DNA of 64,000 nucleotides from Legionellales bacterium (GCA_047404175.1 JBDOIW010000040.1:21255-85254), one strand, 5' to 3'; positions 54,365 to 64,000 are shown, counted from the stretch's first letter. Notes: generated by a model from the sequence alone, not told the origin. Numbers and translations: made by a program.

Positions 54365-55489
54365 TTATGAGATCGGCTTATGATGGTCATCATAGAGAAT
54401 GCTATCACTCTGATTTTTAGCAACAACTACAAATTTATCATCGTATTCCTGGTTTATACTAAAGTTTCTTATGTAATCCTTTGTCAATTTGTTGTTAACA
54501 CTGACAATATTAGTTAAAGAAGGAGATTTTTTGAGCATCTGATCAAAAACAGCAATAGAGTCGTCTGTCAATAAATTAGACTCAAGACTCAGCTGGTGAA
54601 GATTGGGGCTATTGACCAAAACCTTAGCCAAGATTACAAGGCCTTTATCACTAATCTGATTATGCCCCAAGCCTAGACGTACGAGCTGAGGTAAGCGCGG
54701 AATGACTTCAGCAAGCTTCTCCATATCTTGATCGTCAAGACGATTAAAACTCAAGTCAAGACCCTCAAGAGCTCCTACGTCAGCCAATGCATCCATGATA
54801 TGCTCGAAGTCTCTGTGACTAAGCTGATTTGCCCCGAGATCTAACCATTTAAGCTTAGGCATAGTTTTAACTAGATCAGATACAACATTGCCCTCCCCTG
54901 TCAAATTAGCTGAAAATAGAGTTAAAGATTCAACCTGGTGACCTTGATCACCTAAATGTGACTTAAGCGTTTCTATCCCGTAGCGTCCAAGAGGATTTTG
55001 AGATAAATCAATATTTCTCAACGAGTGGCTTTTGGCAAGCAAATTAGCAACAGCAGTTATTGAAGAGAGATCCAGTTGCATATTGCGCATATATAAGAAC
55101 GTAAGGGAATCATTACTAATCAGTGAATCAATTACTTTATTTAACCCTTTACTAGTTAAGTAATTACTACTTAAATCAACCCCTTGCAAGCTCTTATTCA
55201 TATTAAAGAGAACTGATAGTGTTGTTGCTGATGCATCGGTTAAACCATTATGGGCAAGATATAAACGCACTACATGCTTGTTCTCACGAACAGCCTCTAC
55301 CACAGAACTCAAGCAGCGATCATTAATACCACTATAGGCAAGGCGTAGCTCTGTGCTCGCCTGCTGAATAGCGTGATTTGCACGATTAACAACAGATTCC
55401 AGACACTGGCCGTGCTGGATGTAGGTGCGGGCGTAGGCCGCAGGAACACAAAGGGAAAACCATATGACAGATATAATGAGTCTTTTCAC
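54365..55489 (-). CDS. RNI-type leucine-rich repeat protein with N-terminal signal peptide
   Basis: The 374-aa ORF has a signal peptide (MKRLIISVIWFSLCVPAAYA) and at least 8 LRR units of the LxLxxNxLxDxxxxxLAxxL type. Confidence 0.75.
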   Translation of the reverse strand: MKRLIISVIWFSLCVPAAYARTYIQHGQCLESVVNRANHAIQQASTELRLAYSGINDRCLSSVVEAVRENKHVVRLYLAHNGLTDASATTLSVLFNMNKSLQGVDLSSNYLTSKGLNKVIDSLISNDSLTFLYMRNMQLDLSSITAVANLLAKSHSLRNIDLSQNPLGRYGIETLKSHLGDQGHQVESLTLFSANLTGEGNVVSDLVKTMPKLKWLDLGANQLSHRDFEHIMDALADVGALEGLDLSFNRLDDQDMEKLAEVIPRLPQLVRLGLGHNQISDKGLVILAKVLVNSPNLHQLSLESNLLTDDSIAVFDQMLKKSPSLTNIVSVNNKLTKDYIRNFSINQEYDDKFVVVAKNQSDSILYDDHHKPIS

Positions 55490-55546
55490 GACAATCCTTA
55501 TCTAAACTCTCAGTTTTAGGATACCATGGAAGGATTGATTTGCAAA

Positions 55547-56143
55547 TCATTTATCTTTGCTTTTCCAAAAACTTTCGGTGGTCACATAACATGGTTCAGC
55601 ATGATCTTCGCGCCAATCTGGACTAGCAATGAGCTTTGCAGCAAGCTTAGACGCTAATGGGATTTGTTCTTGTGCTGTTGGTAGCTCAATCAGGTCACCA
55701 AATGAAGCAAGAACCTTCTTCTTAACCAAACAAAGCTTATCAATATATGATTGCTCATTTAACCAATGACAAGAAGCGCCATAATAATATTGACCAAATC
55801 CTTTAATGGCTAAATTCACGGGATATTTTGGCTGTATTTTAAGACATATTAAATCAAATAGCGTTAGATTTATTACAGGAACCAAGGGGGCCTTTGTAAG
55901 CAATCCCTCGACAATAGCCGCCCCCAAACGTGTACCAGTGTAGCTTGCTGGTCCAGAAATAAACACAATAGCCTCAAGTTGCCCAGGCACAAGATCAGCC
56001 TCATTCATAAGATCTTCGAGTTCTACTAGAAGAGAATTTATAAGTGAAGAACTTTGCTCAACGAAGCGTGAGAGGGCTATGTTTTTATTGCAAACTAAGC
56101 TGAAGCTATAGGGGCTATAACTTGTATTGACTAGCAGAAACAT
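55547..56143 (-). CDS. tsaB: tRNA t6A biosynthesis protein TsaB
   Basis: It aligns with YeaZ (ISGPASYTGTRLGAAIVEGL, compare GPGSFTGVRIGIGIAQGL). Confidence 0.8.
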   Translation of the reverse strand: MFLLVNTSYSPYSFSLVCNKNIALSRFVEQSSSLINSLLVELEDLMNEADLVPGQLEAIVFISGPASYTGTRLGAAIVEGLLTKAPLVPVINLTLFDLICLKIQPKYPVNLAIKGFGQYYYGASCHWLNEQSYIDKLCLVKKKVLASFGDLIELPTAQEQIPLASKLAAKLIASPDWREDHAEPCYVTTESFWKSKDK

Positions 56144-56187
56144 GGTGTTGCAATCGTAATAGTAAAACGCTAGCTTATCATGGATTA

Positions 56188-56228
56188 CAAAAAAAAACAG
56201 GGAGAAGTTTTTCTCAAACTTCTCCCTG
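56188..56228 (-). terminator. strong Rho-independent terminator (minus strand) with no upstream ORF
   Basis: A perfect 13-bp stem (CAGGGAGAAGTTT/AAACTTCTCCCTG) with a 5-nt loop is followed on the minus strand by T9. The plus strand has no T-tract. Confidence 0.65.
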
Positions 56229-56606
56229 CGATCATCCGTGATGTAGACTTAGGCTCTAGCTTACCAAGTCCAGGACTTAACTCGCTTTGGAGTACTCAAG
56301 CTGTACACTTTCCTTTCTGATTTTTATTATTCCTTGCTATTTCAGCTTGGCGTACACATCCTCGTCTACGTTCATTCAATTTATATCTGAGTGGATCATA
56401 ATGCAAGTGACATTTTGCAATTAAAAGACTTGTATTTTATTTTTTTCAATAGAGTTAGATACCTAGAGTATCATTTTTTTTTGTCATAATTTTATTTCAG
56501 AGAGAACTCAAAATACTACACTCCATTCTCTTACAAAAAACCAGTATTGTGTCATCGAGAGTTACCAGGTATGATGTTGACTGATAGAATAAACAAGGAT
56601 TAACGC

Positions 56607-57368
56607 GTGATCTTACAAGATAAACTCATTTTGGTTACAGGAATTGCAAGCAACCGTTCTATTGCTTATGGCATTGCTCAATCACTCCACGAGCACGGTG
56701 CCAATCTGATCCTCACATATCAAAATGACAAGTTAAAACCACGTGTTGAAAAAGCAGCACAACATTTTCAGTGCAATCATCTGCTTGAGTGTGATCTTGC
56801 TTCTGATCAAAGCTTAGAGTCATTATCGCAGTACCTAAACCAGCATCAGCTACAGCTCGATGGCATTGTGCACGCAGCAGCATATGCGCCTGGTGATTTG
56901 CTGGAAGGCAGTTTCGTAGAAAAGACTCACAGAGAAGGCTTTCTACTCGCTCATGACATTAGCAGCTATAGTCTTACTGCACTCACGCAAGCTTGTTATG
57001 CTAATCTCAGTGACCATGCATCTATTATTACACTAAGTTATATAGGAGCAATCAGAGCAATTCCTAACTACAATACTATGGGGGTCGCAAAAGCAAGTCT
57101 TGAAGCTTCAGTTCGCTATATGGCTGCAGACTTGGGATCAAGAGGCATTCGTGTCAATGCAATTTCAGCCGGCCCCATAAGAACACTCGCCGCATCAGGC
57201 ATCAAAGATTTTAAGTCCATGCTTGATGAAAATGCAAAAAGAACACCACTAAAAAGAAATACCAATATTGAAGAAGTAGGCTCAACTGCAACCTTCCTAG
57301 CGTCATCTATGGCAAGCGGTATTACAGGCTCTGTTCTTTATGTAGATAGTGGCTACCACATCACATAA
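56607..57368 (+). CDS. fabI: enoyl-ACP reductase (NADH) FabI
   Basis: It has ILVTGIASNRSIAYGIAQ and Tyr-x6-Lys catalytic residues. It aligns full-length to E. coli FabI. Confidence 0.92.
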   Translation: MILQDKLILVTGIASNRSIAYGIAQSLHEHGANLILTYQNDKLKPRVEKAAQHFQCNHLLECDLASDQSLESLSQYLNQHQLQLDGIVHAAAYAPGDLLEGSFVEKTHREGFLLAHDISSYSLTALTQACYANLSDHASIITLSYIGAIRAIPNYNTMGVAKASLEASVRYMAADLGSRGIRVNAISAGPIRTLAASGIKDFKSMLDENAKRTPLKRNTNIEEVGSTATFLASSMASGITGSVLYVDSGYHIT

Positions 57369-57471
57369 ACCTTGATAGCTAGCAATTACAATTAAGCATA
57401 ACTATTGCGGTTTAAAACGTAAAATTGTACAATAGACCAATAAATTACGATTAGATTCAGCGGGGGCTAGA

Positions 57472-58917
57472 GTGGCATATATCTCAACAACTAATAGACA
57501 TACACAACGCATGTGGCGTCACTGGGGCACTATTGGTTTTATTGGCTTTATCTTAGAATGGACAACACTTTGGCCATGGTTTGCAACCGCAACTGCAAAG
57601 GCTATTTATTTTAGTGCACCCGCAACTTATTTCCTATCTCCATTTATTATTACCATCTTGTTGTTTCAAGCTTATCGTGTCTATTCCTTATGGAAAGATA
57701 TCAGTTATAACCCCACTCGATCTAATATCATCGAGCTCATCATACTAACACTAGGTTTAGTCTTTATGGCCTTTTCTATTACGGTTATACTCATGATGAC
57801 TTATGGCGGCCCTGTTGTCTTTGCTGCAGAATGGGTTCCTTCGCTCTTTTTCGTAGGGGGGCTTGCTCTCACACTTGTGAAGCGTCTCGTTTATGACATC
57901 CTTCCAAAACTTTTTACATTATTAAGATTAAACTTCATGAGCCTAGGTGACACTGTTGATCTTAAACAGACTAAAGCTAATCTATGGGAATTTATACAAA
58001 GACAATATGGTCCTATTCCTTTCTTTGGAGCAATTGTAGTAGGTGTACTGGTATGTTTTACTCTTCCACCACTAGTTGCTATACCTGCCTGGCTTACCTT
58101 CACCACAGTGGCTCTTTTTGGTCTTGTCGCACTGCGTTATGCCATTGCTGATTATTTCTCGTCCGACTATGAGAAACTTGATATTGTTGATACCTCAAAT
58201 GACTTCAGTAGTACTGCATCATTGACCGGAGAACTATCAGATAGAATTGCAGATATACTTAAAGAATTGAAAAAACAAATTGATCAACTGGAATCAAATA
58301 GTCGCAGGCTTAACAGGGTAATATCACAACTCTCTAATATACTAGCGAGCAACTCTGCAGATATCTCAAAGTTCAAAGCTATTGTATGTTACGCTCAAAA
58401 GTCATTGGCCAACGCTGCACACCAATCAATACCACAGCTTGAAGACATTTACAATTTTGTGCTCGGATCTACTCTAGCTGATTCATCTCTGATTCCACTT
58501 TTACCAATATCACAAGCTGTAGATCGTTATTTTGATGTTACCATTGAAAGCGATAGAGTATCGAGTACTAAACAAGGGATTCAAACATTAAATCATGATG
58601 ATCACTATACCTATAAACAACTTTTAGAGTATGTTCACAAAATCATAAAAGACCACCTAACTCAAAAGTCAATCGAAGTGATAGATGGCAATCAACTAGC
58701 AGATGAATTATCAGATTTAGGTCTTAATAGCACACAGTTAGATAATTTAGGAAAATTTAAGACGCTTATGAAAAAACTCAATTGTGAGCTCATGTTTAAC
58801 CAAGTTAGTAAGCTTCTACCGCGTCTACCCAACGATGATTCACAAACAAGTGAAGATTATACATTGGATGAAGCTAATCGTTTAGCGGGATCATTTACAT
58901 CCCTCTTAGTTAAATAA
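57472..58917 (+). CDS. hypothetical polytopic membrane protein with C-terminal coiled-coil region
   Basis: The 481-aa ORF has about 6 hydrophobic segments in the first 230 aa and heptad-like ELKKQIDQLESNSRRLNRVISQLSNIL afterwards. No domain hit was found. Confidence 0.5.
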   Translation: MAYISTTNRHTQRMWRHWGTIGFIGFILEWTTLWPWFATATAKAIYFSAPATYFLSPFIITILLFQAYRVYSLWKDISYNPTRSNIIELIILTLGLVFMAFSITVILMMTYGGPVVFAAEWVPSLFFVGGLALTLVKRLVYDILPKLFTLLRLNFMSLGDTVDLKQTKANLWEFIQRQYGPIPFFGAIVVGVLVCFTLPPLVAIPAWLTFTTVALFGLVALRYAIADYFSSDYEKLDIVDTSNDFSSTASLTGELSDRIADILKELKKQIDQLESNSRRLNRVISQLSNILASNSADISKFKAIVCYAQKSLANAAHQSIPQLEDIYNFVLGSTLADSSLIPLLPISQAVDRYFDVTIESDRVSSTKQGIQTLNHDDHYTYKQLLEYVHKIIKDHLTQKSIEVIDGNQLADELSDLGLNSTQLDNLGKFKTLMKKLNCELMFNQVSKLLPRLPNDDSQTSEDYTLDEANRLAGSFTSLLVK

Positions 58918-59118
58918 AGCTCTGGCTCTTGAAACACTCATATCAGCTGCAAACCATAGGTGTTCATAGTCTTTAGTTTTTTAAACTCTACTTATAATGG
59001 CTATACAGGCTTTTCGAGTGGGAAGTTAATATTGGTACTGGTCTTACCAAAGGCAAATCTTACACCTTATAACGAAATCCTGGGTGCATAAGCAAATAAT
59101 AGTAGACTCAAATAGATA

Positions 59119-60891
59119 CTATTGAGCCAAACTTATCTCAGAAGCATTAAGCCAATCACTGAATGATGTCGCAAACTCAGATTGACCAATGAGATAAGGG
59201 AACTCAAAGACTTTCTTTGGCATGGCTTCTGTGTAAGTCACTAGATAAATCAGATCATCACTAGACTCTGAAGCCTTAACAGAAAACTTGGTAGGCTTTG
59301 AGACAAATAATTTTTCTACTTCTGCTGTCAGAACATGAGTGAAATTCACAACTTGTGGCTTATCTGCCTGTAAGTAAAATTTTCGAGCTACTTTTTTAGC
59401 ACTAGAAGGAGATGTTGTTTTTTGCATCGAGGCAAGTATAGTTTTACGGTATTTCGATGTAGCGACTTTTTTCTTAGATTCTACAACAGATTGTTTGACA
59501 GCAGATCTTACTTTTTCAAGGGGCTGTGACTCTGAAGGCATATAGCTATCAAGAGAAAACACATAAGCTTCTTGGCCGGCTTGTATTAAACTTGAGTTAG
59601 ATTGTGATTCTCTCAACTGATTAATAAGATCATAAAGTTTAATGTTTTTATGAATACCTTCAGGATATGAGCCATCAAGCAGCAAGGTGTCTGAGCTCAA
59701 GGCGACACCAAGATCATGCGCTGTTTCGTTTAACCCATGAGCTTCAGAATAGCTTAGATCGCTTAGTCGATCCATAGCAGCCAGGTAGTGCTCTTGTGCA
59801 TATTTGCTCTGTAGCTCTGATTTAATTTTTGACTGAACAGATGACAAAGGGGATAGCTCTGCCTCAAGCACAGATTCTACCCACACAAGTTCCCTACCCC
59901 CATTGATATCACGAGTGAAGTGCATACCCGTTTTTGCATGCTGTGACATCTCATCAGATTCATGCATTTCGGAAGCTTGTGAAGATGACAACATCACGGA
60001 AATGGCATGACAGAGCTCATCAAAACTAGAATAGTGATGAGTCTTCAGCTTCTCGTAGCTTTGTGACTGTTCGTTTGTTAACAATACTGTGCGGGTGTTG
60101 ATATGACGGGGTTTCGTATACAGCTCTTGATGACTTAGATACTGATCACGAACATCATCCATACTCACCACAGCCTCTTGAAAAAAACTTTCAAGACTCA
60201 ATTTAATCCAACTAATTTTGGCCTTAGGCTGTGTTTTAAACTCTTGTTCGTGTTTATTATAATAGGAGACAATATCTTCCTCAGACACGTGATCGATAGG
60301 CACTGTTGATCGATCGATTCTGTAAGGTACGAGTGTTATTGATCTTTTTGTAAGCTCATTTAACAGCTTCATTTCTTTTTCAGTTGTAAATGCTGTGTTT
60401 GAAAAGACGTTTTCAAGTTGTTCAGACAAGAGTGATTGGTAATACTGATAATAAAAATCACTCTCACTAGTATTAGTACTCGTAAGATACTGATTTAACT
60501 TGTCTCTATTGAATAGGCCTTCATCGGTGAATGCGGGATTCTTTGTGATCAACTCATTCACAACGCTACTATGAATACTTAGGCCAAGACTATGTGCTAC
60601 ATCAAGACCAACCTGGTAATTGACTAGCCCCATAAGTGCTTGCTGCTTCAGCTCTTTCATGACAGTACTTGAAGGTCGCTGTTTGGTCTGATTGTAGTAT
60701 TCGTAGACAAGATTCTGTGTCTGCTGCTGAATAGCTGCAGGAGAAATAGGTTTACCGTTGACGTTGGTAGTGCCAGCGCTAGATTTGCCTGTGAGTAGCC
60801 CCCCGAGTCCAAAAAAGGCGAACGAGGCTGCGATTAAAGCAAAGACAATGTATCCGAATGTCTTATTGAGTTCTCTAAAATAATTGATCAC
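59119..60891 (-). CDS. ppiD: periplasmic chaperone PpiD
   Basis: It has an N-terminal TM anchor, a SurA-like N-domain and a parvulin-like region. hupB-ppiD are adjacent, as in E. coli. Confidence 0.8.
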   Translation of the reverse strand: MINYFRELNKTFGYIVFALIAASFAFFGLGGLLTGKSSAGTTNVNGKPISPAAIQQQTQNLVYEYYNQTKQRPSSTVMKELKQQALMGLVNYQVGLDVAHSLGLSIHSSVVNELITKNPAFTDEGLFNRDKLNQYLTSTNTSESDFYYQYYQSLLSEQLENVFSNTAFTTEKEMKLLNELTKRSITLVPYRIDRSTVPIDHVSEEDIVSYYNKHEQEFKTQPKAKISWIKLSLESFFQEAVVSMDDVRDQYLSHQELYTKPRHINTRTVLLTNEQSQSYEKLKTHHYSSFDELCHAISVMLSSSQASEMHESDEMSQHAKTGMHFTRDINGGRELVWVESVLEAELSPLSSVQSKIKSELQSKYAQEHYLAAMDRLSDLSYSEAHGLNETAHDLGVALSSDTLLLDGSYPEGIHKNIKLYDLINQLRESQSNSSLIQAGQEAYVFSLDSYMPSESQPLEKVRSAVKQSVVESKKKVATSKYRKTILASMQKTTSPSSAKKVARKFYLQADKPQVVNFTHVLTAEVEKLFVSKPTKFSVKASESSDDLIYLVTYTEAMPKKVFEFPYLIGQSEFATSFSDWLNASEISLAQ

Positions 60892-60918
60892 GTATTTTTC
60901 TTCATTGATGACGTGAAT

Positions 60919-60995
60919 TGGCGGAGTGGACGGGATTCGAACCCGCGACCCCCGGCGTGACAGGCCGGTATTCTAACCAGCTGAACTACCACTCC
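60919..60995 (-). tRNA. tRNA-Asp (anticodon GTC)
   Basis: The 77-nt sequence is nearly identical in architecture to E. coli tRNA-Asp (anticodon loop CTGTCAC, T-arm GGTTCGAATCC). Confidence 0.9.
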
Positions 60996-61003
60996 GCACA
61001 ACT

Positions 61004-61079
61004 TGGTGGGTGCTGAGGGGATCGAACCCCCGACCCTCGCCTTGTAAGGGCGATGCTCTCCCAGCTGAGCTAAGCACCC
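61004..61079 (-). tRNA. tRNA-Val (anticodon TAC)
   Basis: The 76-nt sequence, GGGTGCTTAGCTCAGCTGGGAGAGCA...CTTACAA..., is highly similar to E. coli tRNA-Val(UAC). Confidence 0.9.
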
Positions 61080-61085
61080 AAACGA

Positions 61086-61370
61086 TTAAGCGTCAGTATT
61101 TACGCTTTCTTTAAGCTTTTTAGCTGCTTTGAACTTTACTACTGTTGAAGCTGCAATTCTTATTTTCTCACGCGTCTGTGGGTTTACGCCGTCACGAGCT
61201 TTACGAACTGAAGTCTGAAGCTTACCGAAACCTAAGTCAACTTGCTTACCTGATGTCAGAGCGTCAACAACAACTGAGTCGAGTGAATCCAACATTTCTT
61301 TTACACTCTTTTCAGTAACGCTTAAGTTTTCAGCAATTGCTTTGACTAATTCAGATTTTTTCATATTCAT
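61086..61370 (-). CDS. hupB: DNA-binding protein HU
   Basis: It has the HU signature GFGKLQTSVRKARDGVNPQTREKIRIAAS. AGAGGA lies 9 nt upstream of the ATG. Confidence 0.9.
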   Translation of the reverse strand: MNMKKSELVKAIAENLSVTEKSVKEMLDSLDSVVVDALTSGKQVDLGFGKLQTSVRKARDGVNPQTREKIRIAASTVVKFKAAKKLKESVNTDA

Positions 61371-61544
61371 TGATAGAATTCCTCTTGGTTATTTGGCGAA
61401 AAACGCATTAGTACACTGGATATTTTATATCAATGATTATTCCTGTTGTCAAGGCTAATTGCTTAATCTTTATCTTATACATGGCTCGTTGATTCAAACC
61501 TCCAAAAACACTATACTCAAATTAGAAAATTAAAGGACAAAATC

Positions 61545-62693
61545 ATGGATAGATTCAACCTCCTGCGATTAACGTATCTGTGCAGTAGTCTTTTCTATCT
61601 GACATCTTGTAGTAATACCCCCAAGCCACCTCACTCGCTCGTTCAACAAACCATCACGCCTGATAGCATTGCAGCTATTGATCACTGGTTGAGCTTCAAT
61701 CCCATGCAGCCAAACCAATACAATCTTAATCGACAGCAATCCATTACTTACGATTCGATTAGTCTATCTTGTAAGCAGAAGATTCTTCCTGACTGGCTCA
61801 AAAAACAACTCATGTGGGTAGGAGAAATCGATAAAGCAAGTCAATATGTGTCCTTGTATATCCCACACCAAAATACGGTTAAAGTCCCCTGGCCAATCTC
61901 GGAATACACACCGATGATTGATTTATCTGAACAAGAACTCAATTCGACCTGTGCACTCATCTCAGTAAAACTTGCTCTAGCCAATTACTCAGGAGCAGTT
62001 TATCTTGATCTTTCAAATAATCGCATTGATGATGCGCTTGTTGAGGCACTAGTGAGCTTACTTCGTAGTGGCACAACATCTAGGTCGATACAAATCAATT
62101 TACTAGGCAACGCGTTATCAGATAGATCAATCAGTACACTCATTGAGTATCAAAAAGAAAACCCTGAATGTCTCTTTAATGTCAGGGAAATTGATCAAAC
62201 AGCTTTTATTAGCTCAACCATACAGTCTCTTAAAAAAACCACTAGAGAAGTGCATCAAACTAAATCTGTAGTCATTGATCTTGGTGTGCTCTCTAGTGAT
62301 AATCTTTTAGTTACAATGATTAAAAAGGCAGTGAATAACGAAGTACTAGAATCTTTAACCATCAAGAGCAGCAATGCTCTTAATAAAGATACTTTACTCA
62401 TCATTGCTCACACACTTAAGCATCTAAAATCCATTCACAGCCTTACGCTTAACTTACCAATGGCCAGTGATGCGGACATAAATCTTATTCTAAAATCAGT
62501 ATTTTCGGCATCAGCTAACATGCAGATACTCGATTTAGCGCATCTCACTATTGGACCCAAAACTCAGTTACTACTTTCTAGTAAAACAATAAAGTCCTCT
62601 CAACTTATTGTTCTAGTAAGCTCACTTAGCAACACATCTATCACGGCTATTACTGACAAACACCCTAGTTGGATTGTGTTAAATCGACCTTAG
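61545..62693 (+). CDS. leucine-rich repeat lipoprotein (candidate)
   Basis: The 382-aa ORF has a lipobox L-T-S-C at residues 18-21 after a hydrophobic h-region. Its LRR units include LDLSNNRIDDALVEALVSLL and LLGNALSD. Its stop overlaps the mreC stop. Confidence 0.65.
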   Translation: MDRFNLLRLTYLCSSLFYLTSCSNTPKPPHSLVQQTITPDSIAAIDHWLSFNPMQPNQYNLNRQQSITYDSISLSCKQKILPDWLKKQLMWVGEIDKASQYVSLYIPHQNTVKVPWPISEYTPMIDLSEQELNSTCALISVKLALANYSGAVYLDLSNNRIDDALVEALVSLLRSGTTSRSIQINLLGNALSDRSISTLIEYQKENPECLFNVREIDQTAFISSTIQSLKKTTREVHQTKSVVIDLGVLSSDNLLVTMIKKAVNNEVLESLTIKSSNALNKDTLLIIAHTLKHLKSIHSLTLNLPMASDADINLILKSVFSASANMQILDLAHLTIGPKTQLLLSSKTIKSSQLIVLVSSLSNTSITAITDKHPSWIVLNRP

Positions 62694-63457
62694 ATTTTTT
62701 CGGCGCTGTACAAAACCCAAGACCCCTGCCTCACTTGAGCAGAATAAGTAAGATACCATTGCTGATTCTTCTGCAAGAGCTTACCCACCTTCATTCCTGT
62801 AGGAAAATAATCGCCATCCCCTACTGTCACCCATTCATCTCCTTCATGTAGAGTAGAAACATCTCCCTCCACCATGATTAACTGAAGAAAATCATTATCA
62901 CCCGTTCCTTTTGCAATCGCATGATGGATCCCAGTAACGTCAGTAACAGGAACCTGGCTACTTACATGAGAAAGCATATTGACTATAGACACCTTGTTTG
63001 AAGTATGAACCACTTGTCCAACAAGGGTATCATTGAGAAAGATACCCTGCCCTAATTGTAAAGAAGGTTTAGATACCTGCTCGATCATAAACTGGTGTTG
63101 CCTTGCTAATGATGAGCTATAGAATCTTCTCGCTAGAGCCACATGATCCTTTCCATTCTCTATGCTTAATACAGCATGAGCTTGTTGTAAGTTTTTCACA
63201 GTCGATTCTAAACTATGAACTTTTGCTTCATATAGCAGCTTTTGTGCTTCAAGTGTTAATTCTAGCTCATCGATGCGAAGACTAGGGTTGCGCTCGACCA
63301 TAGACTGGCTTACTTTTTGATAACGATAAAGGGCATAACGAGCATGAAGTTTAATATCGTCTAAATAGTAAACTATTGAGCAAAACATAATCAACGCGCA
63401 TAAAACTACAAGAGATCTTGCAGAAACACTGGATCGATTAGATGCAAGGCCAAGCAT
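62690..63457 (-). CDS. mreC: rod shape-determining protein MreC
   Basis: It has an N-terminal TM segment, a coiled coil, and a beta-rich C-domain with GDEWVTVGDGDYFPTGMKVG (MreC signature). Confidence 0.85.
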   Translation of the reverse strand: MLGLASNRSSVSARSLVVLCALIMFCSIVYYLDDIKLHARYALYRYQKVSQSMVERNPSLRIDELELTLEAQKLLYEAKVHSLESTVKNLQQAHAVLSIENGKDHVALARRFYSSSLARQHQFMIEQVSKPSLQLGQGIFLNDTLVGQVVHTSNKVSIVNMLSHVSSQVPVTDVTGIHHAIAKGTGDNDFLQLIMVEGDVSTLHEGDEWVTVGDGDYFPTGMKVGKLLQKNQQWYLTYSAQVRQGSWVLYSAEKI

Positions 63458-63459
63458 AG

Positions 63460-64000
63460 TTACTCACTGCTAAAAAAATCTGGGCCAAGTTTGTCAAGCA
63501 TCTCAAGCGCACGACCTCCACCTTTTGCCACACAGGTCAATGGGTCCTCTGCAATGATTACAGGCAAACCTGTCTCTTCCATCAGAAGTTTGTCCATATC
63601 TTTAAGCAGAGCACCACCTCCCGTCAATACCACACCACGCTCAGCAATGTCTGAGGCGAGCTCTGGCGGTGTTTGTTCTAGTGCAGCTCTTACTGAGCTT
63701 ACAATACCACTCAAAGGCTCTTGTAGTGCTTCTAAAACCTCATTACTATTCAGAGTGAAGCTTCTAGGGACGCCTTCAGCAAGATTACGGCCACGTACTT
63801 CCATTTCTTGTACTTCACTGCCAGGAAACGCTGAACCAATCGTTTGTTTAATGAGCTCAGCAGTGTATTCACCTATGAGAGTGCCGTAATTACGTCGTAC
63901 ATAATTAACAATCGAATCATCGAAACGATCCCCCCCAATACGTACCGAGGCAGAATAAACAATGCCACTTAATGAAATCACTGCTACTTCCGTAGTACCA
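63460..64000 (-). CDS. mreB: rod shape-determining protein MreB (N-terminus outside window)
   Basis: The C-terminal 173 aa include [26 protein letters not shown] (actin-fold). The gene runs past the window end. Confidence 0.9.
   Translation of the reverse strand, partial: GTTEVAVISLSGIVYSASVRIGGDRFDDSIVNYVRRNYGTLIGEYTAELIKQTIGSAFPGSEVQEMEVRGRNLAEGVPRSFTLNSNEVLEALQEPLSGIVSSVRAALEQTPPELASDIAERGVVLTGGGALLKDMDKLLMEETGLPVIIAEDPLTCVAKGGGRALEMLDKLGPDFFSSE

Noticed and set aside
56229-56420. Small protein-coding gene feeding the orphan terminator
   Set aside because: Minus-strand ATG-initiated ORFs in this region are 10 codons or fewer (MSLAL*, MNVDEDVYAKLK*). A non-coding RNA is more likely.
63491-63889. 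132-aa plus-strand ORF
   Set aside because: It is antisense to the mreB C-terminus, which has unambiguous actin-fold motifs.

Overview
This 64-kb window looks like the chromosome of a gammaproteobacterium. Its conserved gene order (rpmF-plsX-fabHDG; rluC next to rne; thrS-infC-rpmI-rplT-pheST-ihfA; pyrG-kdsA-eno-ftsB; miaB-ybeZ-ybeY-corC; hupB-ppiD; mreBC) and low GC content suggest a Legionellales-type intracellular lifestyle (Coxiella/Legionella/Rickettsiella-like), but that is inference only. About 60 CDS and 4 tRNAs are supported, and one more small CDS (UPF0434/Trm112-like) was missed by the ORF track. I found no CRISPR, integrase, transposase or prophage signal. The points worth a second look are: (1) a complete six-gene mevalonate-pathway operon (HMG-CoA reductase, HMG-CoA synthase, two GHMP kinases, diphosphomevalonate decarboxylase, type-1 IPP isomerase) beside tRNA-Val, while the ispD/ispF genes that normally follow eno-ftsB are absent; (2) four eukaryotic-like leucine-rich-repeat (RNI-type LRR) genes scattered through otherwise conserved housekeeping gene order: one sits in the rluC-rne gap and carries near-identical 84-bp tandem repeats and a C-terminal NLS-like basic cluster, two form a Sec-signal tandem pair, and one is a lipoprotein lying where mreD would normally be; (3) a strong orphan intrinsic terminator on the minus strand upstream of tsaB with no upstream ORF, in a GGA/GGAUG-rich region, which is a candidate Csr/Rsm-type sRNA; (4) a divergent queD/queE pair with non-canonical cysteine/histidine motifs; (5) an RNase E with a roughly 65-aa acidic insertion in the S1 region; and (6) several AT-rich ORFan genes that could be effectors. 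I could not identify any novel multi-gene system such as a defence island from sequence alone.
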